64,000 nt of DNA from Candidatus Latescibacterota bacterium (lineage in GTDB: Bacteria > Latescibacterota > UBA2968): assembly GCA_965116885.1 (NCBI GenBank), contig OZ220741.1, positions 4,416,001 to 4,480,000 of the forward strand, written 5' to 3'. Both the position numbers and the translations under genes were made by a program. The notes below the pieces were generated by a model that searched no databases, was not told the DNA's origin, and saw only the letters and a program-made list of their open reading frames with translations. Shown piece after piece: positions 7,928 to 16,434 of the stretch (positions are counted from its first letter, which is position 1; every line of letters begins with the position of its first letter).

Positions 7928-10261
7928 TTATTTGCAATACGAACACTTACTATCTGCACCAACACTTTTCAAGACCGCACAATTCTGTTGCAGACTCGCA
8001 CGCAATTTACTTATGGCCTCGTCACTTTTCGCTCTCTTGAGCGCGCAGTAGTCATTAAAAGCGGCCAGACAGAAAAACCGCGCGTGATCATCGACCGAAA
8101 AATTGCCCTGGTATTTTTCCCCGCACACATTCTCGAGATTTTGAAGTGCCTGTTGCATCGGATCTTGCGCTTGCCCACCCTGAGTTTGCGAAGATGTCCC
8201 AGCCGAATTGATATGCCCATCAGGTTGCTCACTTAACACACCTTCCATGTACTCGCGTACAGTTTCTGTGACTGCCTCCTGATCTGCAGCATCCTTGCCA
8301 GCATACATAATCGCGGCACCGCCTAAAAGTGCGGCTGCTGCTTTGCCGAAACCGTCCCCTTCCTGTGATTTTCCCGCTATTTTTGTCTGGCTGGCCCCGG
8401 CGGCGCGCAGAACCCTGACCACTTCCGGATTCTCGTTGTGCTCAACTGCCAGACCCAGAGGTGTGAAGCCCTTTTTATTTTCTGCATTCAGGTCGGCACC
8501 AGCACTGAGTAGGATTCTAATGACATCCGGATTCTCGTTGTGCTCAGCTGCCTCATGCAGAGGGGTCGAGTCATCATAACCTTGTGCCTCCAGGTTAGCC
8601 CCAGCATGAACCAGCACCACAATAATATCCGGGTTCTCATTGCTCGCAGCCGCACAGTGCAGGGGTGTCCAGCCTTCTTTGCTCCGCGCCATAGGGTCTG
8701 CGCCAGCATCAATCAGGACTTTGATCACATCCGAGTTCTCACTGTTCCGGGCCGCATAATGCAGGGGCGTCCAGTCAATGTTGTCCCGCGCCATAGGGTC
8801 TGCGCCAGCATTGAGCAGGATTTTAACGATACCCAGATTCTCGTTGCTTCGAGTTGCCCGATGCAGAGGTGTACTTTTCCATCTATTCCGAGCATTGGGA
8901 TCGGCCCCGGCATTGAGCAGGGTTTTAACGACATCCAGATTTTCGTTGCGCACGGCCCAATGCAAGGGCGTCGTTTTAGAAAATGGGGCCTCGTCGGGAT
9001 CGACGCCATCTTCAATCAGAGCCAAGACAGCCTCTGAATTCTTATTGTATTTTGCCGCATGATACAGAAGTGCCCATCTATTTTTTTTTCGATCCTTATC
9101 ATCGGTTTCTGCTTCGAACAAGGCTTCAACGATCTCCGGATTTGGGTTGTTCCAGGCCGCAAAATGCAGAGGTGTCCGTTTATCTCTGGTCCTCGCTTTT
9201 GGATCGGCCCCGGCATTGAGTAGGGTTTTAACGATCTCCGGATTCTCGCTATACTTGACCGCACGATGCAGAGGTGTCCATGTATGATAGTCCTTGGCAT
9301 TGGGATCGGCCCCGGCATTGAGTAGAGCTTGGATAGCAACCAGATTCCCGAACAGCGCTGCTGTGTGTAAGGGCGTCTGTGAATATGTTATTAAGGGTGT
9401 ATAATCGGCCCTGGCATTGAGATCGGCCCCGGCATTGAGTAGAGCCTGGATAGCAACTGGATTTTCATTATACATAGCTGCCCAATGTAGAGAAGTCCAT
9501 TTATCTTGGCCCCGCGTATCAGCTCCGGCCTCAATCAGAACCTTTATAGCGGCAGGACGCTTGAAAAAGACCGCGTCATACAGGGGGGTGCGTTTATTTT
9601 CGCTCTGCGCCTCTATGTCGGCTCCGGCATTGAGCAGGATCTCAATAATGTCTGTATTCTTGTTCAGGACTGCATAATGCAGAGGTGTCCTTTTATCATT
9701 GTGCCTCGCTTTTAGGTCGGCACCCGCATTGAGCAGGGCTTTAATAACATCCGGATTCTCAGTATTTTCGACCGCGCGATGTAAAGGCGTAGCACCTGCA
9801 TCATCCCGCGCGTTCAGATCAACCCCTGTGTCAAGGCAGGCGGACACTTCCTCGAGGGTCGCTGTCTTAAAATAGTCTTCCGTATCCCATCCCTTGCAAC
9901 TCACCGCTGTCTGTACCTTGTTCATCAACGCCAGAGCCTCGACATAGTGTTGGCCTTCGCGTCCTGATGCCACCAGATATTTTAAGACGGATTCGAGTGC
10001 CTGATCGGACAAATCTACGGCGTCCGCTGCTTTCGCATATCTGAAGTGGAACTCATCCGATAGATCCAGTTCGTGCTCTGTCTGAAGGTGCAGGATGTTT
10101 TGTATTGCGGCTTGTGCTCGGAAGGTGTCTCCATTGCGAATAGCCTGCTCTGCTTGCAGCAGATAGGCGTCTGCTCTGATCTCTGGCGGCAGTTGAGCAG
10201 ATGCAACCGTGAAGAATCCCAATAAAAATAGGATGAAAATATTTCTGATCATTCTTTGCAT
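7928..10261 (-). CDS. Secreted ankyrin-repeat protein with Cys-rich C-terminal domain
   Basis: Likely true start MQRMIRNIFILFLLGFFTVASA at 10261 (RBS GGGAG); more than 12 repeats of TPLHxAxxxxNPxxxxxLLNAGADPNA. The ORF-track extension to 10366 is intron sequence. Confidence 0.9.
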   Translation of the reverse strand: MQRMIRNIFILFLLGFFTVASAQLPPEIRADAYLLQAEQAIRNGDTFRAQAAIQNILHLQTEHELDLSDEFHFRYAKAADAVDLSDQALESVLKYLVASGREGQHYVEALALMNKVQTAVSCKGWDTEDYFKTATLEEVSACLDTGVDLNARDDAGATPLHRAVENTENPDVIKALLNAGADLKARHNDKRTPLHYAVLNKNTDIIEILLNAGADIEAQSENKRTPLYDAVFFKRPAAIKVLIEAGADTRGQDKWTSLHWAAMYNENPVAIQALLNAGADLNARADYTPLITYSQTPLHTAALFGNLVAIQALLNAGADPNAKDYHTWTPLHRAVKYSENPEIVKTLLNAGADPKARTRDKRTPLHFAAWNNPNPEIVEALFEAETDDKDRKKNRWALLYHAAKYNKNSEAVLALIEDGVDPDEAPFSKTTPLHWAVRNENLDVVKTLLNAGADPNARNRWKSTPLHRATRSNENLGIVKILLNAGADPMARDNIDWTPLHYAARNSENSDVIKVLIDAGADPMARSKEGWTPLHCAAASNENPDIIVVLVHAGANLEAQGYDDSTPLHEAAEHNENPDVIRILLSAGADLNAENKKGFTPLGLAVEHNENPEVVRVLRAAGASQTKIAGKSQEGDGFGKAAAALLGGAAIMYAGKDAADQEAVTETVREYMEGVLSEQPDGHINSAGTSSQTQGGQAQDPMQQALQNLENVCGEKYQGNFSVDDHARFFCLAAFNDYCALKRAKSDEAISKLRASLQQNCAVLKSVGADSKCSYCK

Positions 10262-10284
10262 GGTGTCTCCCTTTACAGATCGAA

Positions 10285-11020
10285 GTAGGGTAGGCTGCTG
10301 GCGAGTTACCCAAAGGCACTTTTCCATCAGCCCCCCTCCGAACCGGACGTGATAGTTTCCCATCATCCGGCTCTCCAGTAACTTTCACCGTTTAGAGGTT
10401 GGCCCGCCTCGATGGATGTTAATATGACAGCTTTTGCAGACGACAAGAGTTTTTCTTTGTCTTGATGCCATTTTGTGTTTCCATCTCGGCTTTTTCTTCC
10501 TTCCCGGCTTGTCCACATCCGATAACTTTCGTATGTGGTGAACTTCCACTTCTTGCAGGGAGCCACATAATTCGCATTCTTTTGCCGTTAAGCGTCGTAT
10601 TAGCTCGCTACGGCTCCAGTATGGTTTTATGTCTTTCAGGCCGTCCTTGATTGCCACATTCTCTGTTTTGCGTATTAAAGGAACCCCTCCGAAGTATGCG
10701 ATTAGGGGCTTTTTACCTTCTCTTTCTACGGCTACTTGTATGCATTTTCGTGGGCCTCGTGGAGTAGTGATTTTACCCTTATACTTCTTTGCCATTTTTC
10801 TTACCTGCGATTTGTGTTTGTTCGCAAGTGTTTTCAGCAGAGAAGTTTCTGTGACCCATTCCAATTTACTCAGTCTCCGTATATTGTTTGCGAGTTGGTA
10901 GTATTGCACAAAGCCTCTATATTCCCTTTGATAGCGGGATATGATGTCAAAGTCGCTGTCCTGTAACAATTGGGGTCGCGCCTCTGGCTTTCCGTTTATC
11001 ATATAGGTATTGCATCTCGC
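10285..11020 (-). mobile_element. Group II intron, 3' remnant (maturase/HNH coding part plus domains V and VI)
   Basis: Domain V GAGCCGGATGATGGGAAACTATCACGTCCGGTTC (10373-10340), domain VI ending CCTACCCTAC at 10285. 5' domains and RT core are absent. Confidence 0.92.
10385..11002 (-). pseudogene. Group II intron-encoded protein fragment: maturase X domain plus HNH endonuclease, RT domain missing
   Basis: YRGFVQYYQLANN, SLLKTLANKHK, CELCG...VEVHHIRKL...RQRKTLVVCKSCHINIH; no YADD motif. Confidence 0.88.
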
Positions 11021-11026
11021 ATCGCT

Positions 11027-11056
11027 TGGAGTTACCCCGCTTCGGTGGAGAGTTTA
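11027..11056. mobile_element. Possible isolated IS3-family terminal inverted repeat
   Basis: TGGAGTTACCCCGCTTCGGTGGAGAGTTT resembles TG-initiated IS3/IS51-group ends (from memory). Sits between the intron and IS256 remnants. Confidence 0.3.
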
Positions 11057-11057
11057 G

Positions 11058-11209
11058 GGCTTGTGAACGTCTCATCGGCGCCTTGTGTATGGAATGGTCT
11101 GACGAGTGGATCACAGGCAGACGCTACCTGGACATGACGGATTGAAAATAAACGCTCTGACCCCTATATCACGGAGCTACAATTTTACAGAACTTTTTGG
11201 ACTTGACCC
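11058..11209 (+). mobile_element. IS256-family 3' fragment with right end (copy A)
   Basis: Encodes ACERLIGALCMEWSDEWITGRRYLDM and ends TTTACAGAACTTTTTGGACTTGACCC. 152-bp inverted copy of 15011-15162 with one mismatch. Confidence 0.9.
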
Positions 11210-11223
11210 ACCATACCTTACTT

Positions 11224-14200
11224 TTAGTCACTACAACCGCCTATCACTACACTTGCTGTACCACTACGTTCAGTAATCTTGCTGAACAGTAAATCTGGGC
11301 TAAAGTCAAATCTTACAGTATTACCAGAGGCAGTGCCATGCTCGGATTTTTGCTCGTGACGCGAACCGCCGTATTGGTAAGCAACAGTCACACACTTGTT
11401 GTCTGTGAACCAATTTTTAGCGGTCACGGAAGGTCCTTTCTTATTTGACTGTCCGAATCCCACGTCCCAAGACTGTTGATCCTGAATAGTGAACTCTGCA
11501 AAATCAACATAAACATTGTCTGTTGGCTGTGTATAAGCAGCTACTCTAAAGTACCCAGGGACTCTGTTTGTCTCTAATTTCAACCTCGTATCTTCTTCTG
11601 CACGAACAAGTGCAGAGTACATATCAGCTTTGCCATTAACAATCTCAGGACGACCTGTGCCTGAATAGCTACTGTTCATCCTTATGTCATCCCACATGGG
11701 ATAGTAAGAATTGCCTCTTATATCATCAGTATAAGATGTATTGCCAGCTACCCTGACTTGAAACTTGACATAAGCAGGAAAGTACTCGTTCTTGTTGCGT
11801 GAGACCGTCCTTGTAATACTCATAGATTGCGGACTGTTCCAATTACTGGAATTAAATTCAAATATCCGTCCGCCGAAGTTGTAAATACCAGTAAAATCTT
11901 CATAAAATTCAACGGTCACATTCGTCTGATCATCGGGACGCGATAACAATTTTATCGTAATATTGTTGCTGTCATTGTACAAAGGCATTCCGCTTATGCC
12001 AGCATAAACTGGCACTCGTACTCGCCAGTTATCAGGACGTGACGTTATAGTATCTCGATAAGAACCAGAACTCATGATAAAACCGCTATCATCCGAGTCC
12101 GTAATCCTGAGATTAGAGCGACCAACAACCTTTCCTTTCCTAACAACCTCGATATTGAGATACTCAGTCGACTCATAAATGTTGTCAAGTATCGCAGTCA
12201 CATCTGGAAACGTCGCAGTGACTGACATCGTTCTGTCAGCTTTGATTGTTATGGGAACCTCAGACGGGAGAATAATATCTGAGTTGTTGGCTGGTAGCTC
12301 TCTGCTGTTAGCCGCTATCGGATAAGCCATTCGTAACGTAACATCAGCATCCAAACCTAAGTTTCGTTTGCTATTAACGGATAGTGTTATATCCGTTGGA
12401 ACACCCTCTACGATGGTGCTACCACCAACGAAATCTACATTTATGGCATGTTCGCCATGAAAAGGTCCTTGTGGATGAAACAGATAAACATAGTTGTGAG
12501 CAGTAAATGTTGGTTTGCCTGGTTTGGTCAGGCGATAATCTATTCTATAGCGGTTGTAGTGCCAATTACTTGTGCGAAAATTACGACCAGTAGGAGGGTC
12601 AAGCTCATGTCCTGCATAGAGATGGAACCTTAGCCTTCTTCTCGAATCGGTTTTCATCATCTTCGTATCAGTCCCGCCATCAAAACGGAAACCTGTACCA
12701 CCTGTTATTTTGGCTTCAACATCAAACTCTTCGGCAAAATTGGGAAAAGTCACACTGAATCTCTCGGTCTTTTCTTTGCCAGCATCGATCCTAAGTCTAT
12801 AATCAAGAGGTGGAAGCGTCATACGTCCAAGATGGTACCATAATTTCATAAATCCTATATCACCGCCTAAACTCGAAATAATAACAGGAGGAGTGGTTTC
12901 GACTTGCGGAGGTGGTGGTACGCAAGCATTGTTATCATCATCAATGAACGATATACGAGCATTCAGAGTGCGTTGACCATGAAGCTCGTTGCGATTCTTA
13001 ATATGTCGTAGAGTCGCTATAAAATCTACATGTTGGTGAATAGAACGACAATCGTCATTGATAAATACAAGATCGCTTGTACTCACAACAGACGTAGGCC
13101 CTGCACCTAGAGAGCCTTGAATATCAAGCGACCTATTATTTAGCACAGGTGGCAAAGTAGTCTCATCGGCAAAATCAATATCATACAAGATATAATCATC
13201 TTCAGGTAGATTGGGAATATTGGAGAAATTGAAATCAACAGCCGCACTTCCATTAACATGATTCTCAGCTATTGAAGTTGGTCGCTCATAATCATTTCTC
13301 TCTATAACCCAATAGAGCCAGTTAGCACTAACTCGAATACGATTCAGCTCAGATGTAGGCGAAGTAGAAATTGTCGTTGTACCAGTAACATCTTGAACTG
13401 TAACAACAAAATCTCTATAATTACTTGCCCCATTATCGACATTTGCAGTAATTCTAACATTGTAGCTAGCAGGATTGGCAGTGGTTAAAGGAGTACCTGT
13501 AATCTCTCCATTACTAAGCGTTAATCCGTCTGGCAGTCCAGTGGCGGACAAGGTTGCAGGATAAGTGTGCGTGTGATCTACGCTGATACTTATCGGACTG
13601 ATTTCAAGTCCGTGACGAACAAATAATGTGTCAGGTAATCCTGAGATTACAGGACCTACAAATATGCTAAATTGTGCACTGTAAGTATTGGTATCATTGG
13701 ATTGTGAGATACTTGAAGCGGTTGTTGCCTTGACAGTAACAACATGTTCTCCTGTGCGAGCATTGAGAGATATTGTCCCTTCTACGGTAATTACTACGTG
13801 TTCTGTTGCTCTGACAGTCGTTGATGATCCGCGACCAGATAAACGAAGACCATGTGGAAGTCCATCAATCGTAATGATCATGCGATCTTCATTTAAGTCA
13901 CCAACTTCAATATCGAAAGCATCTATGGCTTGTCCTCGCACATACGACTTTGTTTCAAGGGCACTAATAGAAGGAAGGATGTCGCCTTTAACCTCAAACG
14001 TTATTGTTCTCACTGTTGTAGCAGTACCATCAGATACCGAGATAGTTACAGTATATTCCTGTACAGTCGCATTCCTTGAAATCTTACCAGATATATTTCC
14101 AGTAGGATGACTATTCCATGTACCACCAGTAGGACTGTAAGACAACCCAGCAGGTAGTCCTGTAACCGTTGTAGTGAGCACGTCACCGTCAGTATCGCCC

Positions 14201-14985
14201 ACCTGAACAGAGAACGTTCTTAATGTATAACCTTGAAAATAGCTATATTTAGGACGCTGTGCTAAGTCTGTTGGAACAGGCTTACCACGAACATTGATCC
14301 AGGGCGCATTGTTAGTATTTCTGGCCGCATTGTTATTGTTCTTATCCTCTTTATCTTTGTCATCATCACTAGAAACACTCCTTCCACTGTTACCAGTGGT
14401 TGTTCCTTCTGAGTCACGGCTTTCAGAATCACCAGAATTAGATTCATTGGTATCAGAATCACCGCTTTCTGGTTCACTGGTTCCTGACTCACTTGAATCG
14501 TCCTCGCAAGCGAGTGTAGATGCACTTGCCTCTGTCCAATCGCCACTCCAGCCGTTAAATCGGGCGCGAACTTCAACAGAATAAGATATGCCACATTCAA
14601 GATCGTTGATGGTATAAGAGTTGCTTGTGGGATAAGCATTTCCATTGGCATCTTTCCATGAAGGATAGGATGCATCACTTGTCTTTTTCCAACGGACTCT
14701 GTGATCTTTTGGTGGTACTTCGACAGAATTCGACGGTGCTACGACAGCATCCCAAGTTGCTGTAATTGATGAGTCGGTGGCCGTCAATACAAGATTTGTG
14801 ATATCAGACCAGGACGATACGACAACTTTGGCTGCACGGATGGTATCTTCAGTTGTTGAACTATAATTGACTTCTGGACTAGTTGTTAGTGTCTTATCCT
14901 TTCCACAAGAAAGTACAATGAGTACGCCTAGAATTGCAAGTGAGTAGAAAATCGGAGAAGAATTATTTAGTAATTTGCTAAACAT
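11224..14985 (-). CDS. Large AT-rich surface lipoprotein with FN3-like and putative Ig repeats
   Basis: Likely start ATG 14985 (RBS AGAGGA), lipobox IVLSC; FN3-like ITATWDAV...SYTINDLECGISYSVEVRARF; Ser/Asp/Glu linker; three GLPxGL Ig-like repeats. Visibly more AT-rich than its flanks. Confidence 0.8.
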   Translation of the reverse strand: MFSKLLNNSSPIFYSLAILGVLIVLSCGKDKTLTTSPEVNYSSTTEDTIRAAKVVVSSWSDITNLVLTATDSSITATWDAVVAPSNSVEVPPKDHRVRWKKTSDASYPSWKDANGNAYPTSNSYTINDLECGISYSVEVRARFNGWSGDWTEASASTLACEDDSSESGTSEPESGDSDTNESNSGDSESRDSEGTTTGNSGRSVSSDDDKDKEDKNNNNAARNTNNAPWINVRGKPVPTDLAQRPKYSYFQGYTLRTFSVQVGDTDGDVLTTTVTGLPAGLSYSPTGGTWNSHPTGNISGKISRNATVQEYTVTISVSDGTATTVRTITFEVKGDILPSISALETKSYVRGQAIDAFDIEVGDLNEDRMIITIDGLPHGLRLSGRGSSTTVRATEHVVITVEGTISLNARTGEHVVTVKATTASSISQSNDTNTYSAQFSIFVGPVISGLPDTLFVRHGLEISPISISVDHTHTYPATLSATGLPDGLTLSNGEITGTPLTTANPASYNVRITANVDNGASNYRDFVVTVQDVTGTTTISTSPTSELNRIRVSANWLYWVIERNDYERPTSIAENHVNGSAAVDFNFSNIPNLPEDDYILYDIDFADETTLPPVLNNRSLDIQGSLGAGPTSVVSTSDLVFINDDCRSIHQHVDFIATLRHIKNRNELHGQRTLNARISFIDDDNNACVPPPPQVETTPPVIISSLGGDIGFMKLWYHLGRMTLPPLDYRLRIDAGKEKTERFSVTFPNFAEEFDVEAKITGGTGFRFDGGTDTKMMKTDSRRRLRFHLYAGHELDPPTGRNFRTSNWHYNRYRIDYRLTKPGKPTFTAHNYVYLFHPQGPFHGEHAINVDFVGGSTIVEGVPTDITLSVNSKRNLGLDADVTLRMAYPIAANSRELPANNSDIILPSEVPITIKADRTMSVTATFPDVTAILDNIYESTEYLNIEVVRKGKVVGRSNLRITDSDDSGFIMSSGSYRDTITSRPDNWRVRVPVYAGISGMPLYNDSNNITIKLLSRPDDQTNVTVEFYEDFTGIYNFGGRIFEFNSSNWNSPQSMSITRTVSRNKNEYFPAYVKFQVRVAGNTSYTDDIRGNSYYPMWDDIRMNSSYSGTGRPEIVNGKADMYSALVRAEEDTRLKLETNRVPGYFRVAAYTQPTDNVYVDFAEFTIQDQQSWDVGFGQSNKKGPSVTAKNWFTDNKCVTVAYQYGGSRHEQKSEHGTASGNTVRFDFSPDLLFSKITERSGTASVVIGGCSD

Positions 14986-15010
14986 TCGTTTTATCCTCTG
15001 GTTGTTTGTG

Positions 15011-15280
15011 GGGTCAAGTCCAAAAAGTTCTGTAAAATTGTAGCTCCGTGATATAGGGGTCAGAGCGTTTATTTCCAATCCGTCATGTCCAGGTAGCGTC
15101 TGCCTGTGATCCACTCGTCAGACCATTCCATACACAAGGCGCCGATGAGACGTTCACAAGCCTTTTCATTGGGGAAGATCTGCACCACATCAGCCCGTCT
15201 TTTGATCTCTCGGTTGAGTCTTTCCAACAGGTTCGTCGTACGGATGCGTCTTTGATGCTGTTGAGGAAAGTGGAAGCAAA
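15011..15280 (-). mobile_element. IS256-family transposase 3' fragment with right end (copy B)
   Basis: CFHFPQQHQRRIRTTNLLERLNREIKRR..IFPN..ERLIGA..EWITGRRYLDM is the IS256 (mutator) C-terminus. Ends in the same terminal sequence as copy A. Confidence 0.92.
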
Positions 15281-15482
15281 GAGTCGAAGGCGGTATTCCC
15301 AACAGCTCGGCTGCCCCACCTGTTCCCTTGATTCGCCAATTGGTGTATTTAAGTGCTTCGAGAATGTAGCGACGTTCATTTTTCTTTAATGTCTGGAAGG
15401 GAGGAGAAGAGTCTTTTAATAAGATTGTGAGAATTTTATCGACCTTGCCTTCAAGCCTATCTAAATGTTGTTCATTTGTCAT
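15069..15482 (-). pseudogene. Stand-alone coiled-coil plus Fis-type HTH protein, truncated and fused in frame to the IS256 transposase C-terminus
   Basis: MTNEQHLDRLEGKVDKILTIL...TLKKNERRYILEALKYTNWRIKGTGGAAELLGIPPSTL|CFHFPQQ; junction at about 15280. Confidence 0.8.
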
Positions 15483-15568
15483 TTTACGTCCCTGTGAACG
15501 TTCAAAGACTCGTCACATATTGGTGTTATACTCTTTTCGATGGTGGATTGAATCTAATCCAAAAATTA

Positions 15569-15753
15569 TTTATAATGCAAAAACCGTGCCAATGTGCGCG
15601 TTGTTATAGAAAGCTATACTCGTAAAGTGTTATTTTATAGGAAATAAAAAACCAATCTGACTATGTTATCTCTTCGCAAAATAGTCGGATTGGCTCTTGA
15701 AAAAAGACTTTATATGGTCTAAAAGACGTACTATGGTCTGTATGGTCCCGAGA
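15569..15753. repeat. Sigma-54 promoter/enhancer cassette copy 2
   Basis: Colinear with 534-719, including the palindrome CCAATCTGACTAT-N16-ATAGTCGGATTGG (15652-15693). Confidence 0.9.
15576..15591 (-). promoter_or_regulatory. Sigma-54 (-24/-12) promoter, copy 2
   Basis: Minus strand reads TGGCACGGTTTTTGCA. Confidence 0.85.
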
Positions 15754-15871
15754 CTATAGTAAATTCCTGGTCGGAGAATCGTGGCGCCGATAAAAATAAG
15801 GTTCGCATACGCCGCGGGTTGTCTGCTGTGCTTATCGCGACCGACATGCGCGGGTTCCGTCATTCTCCCAG

Positions 15872-16283
15872 GTGTTGGAGAGCCAGGCTGTGGATATTGT
15901 GATTGCGGGGGCGTTTGATTTCTTCAACAAGCCTTTCAAAGTGGAGGATCTGAATGCGGCTATCCAGCGCACAATGCGCTACCAGGTGCTTCGCAAAGAG
16001 ACAAGTAGGATGCAAGATAGGCTGGATCAGTTAGTGGCACAGGAGCGAGAGAGGAGCGGTTTGAATGCGATTATAGGGGAGAGTGAGGTGGTTGTGAAGA
16101 TGAAGGCGCGGATCAAACAGGTGGCAGCGACTGGTCAGACAACGGTGCTCATCATGGGGGAGACGGGTACGGGGAAGGAACTGGTTGCCCGAGCCGTGCA
16201 TAGCGAGAGCGATCGCGCTGGCGGTCCGTTTATTGCTGTGAATTGCTCCGCTATTCAGGGCAATTTATTTGAGAGCGCGTTTG
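15872..16283 (+). pseudogene. Fragment of an NtrC-type response regulator (end of REC, start of AAA+)
   Basis: GAFDFFNKPF, IIGES, VLIMGETGTGKELVARAVH, PFIAVNCSAI...LFES, then similarity is lost before GAFTGA. Confidence 0.85.
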
Positions 16284-16434
16284 AGAGGGCACTACTTCGA
16301 GAAGCATTGCCGCGGCTGAGGCCAATGGCAAATGAAAAGACTGGACATCAAACTAACTTGAAGACGATGCAAAATCGGCTTACAGGTCCTGAAGAGGATA
16401 ATCTGCCCTGCGGACATTGTTTGCGTTTTACCAT

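Noticed and set aside
5958..10261. Integron cassette array (co-oriented genes plus a group II intron)
   Set aside because: No convincing attC (RYYYAAC..GTTRRRY) of adequate length and no integrase.
6681..11002. Diversity-generating retroelement (RT-related ORF near repeat-rich genes)
   Set aside because: The ORF is a maturase/HNH fragment followed by intron DV/DVI. No RT core is present and no TR/VR pair with adenine-specific differences was seen.
14986..15114. N-terminal 43 aa of ORF 11224..15114 (and likewise 10262..10366 of the ankyrin ORF)
   Set aside because: These are read-through into IS256 or intron sequence; the signal peptides and RBSs point to starts at 14985 and 10261.
15760..15870. 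Agmatine-deiminase-like fragment (RQPAAYANL) on the minus strand
   Set aside because: Too short and weak to support without a search.
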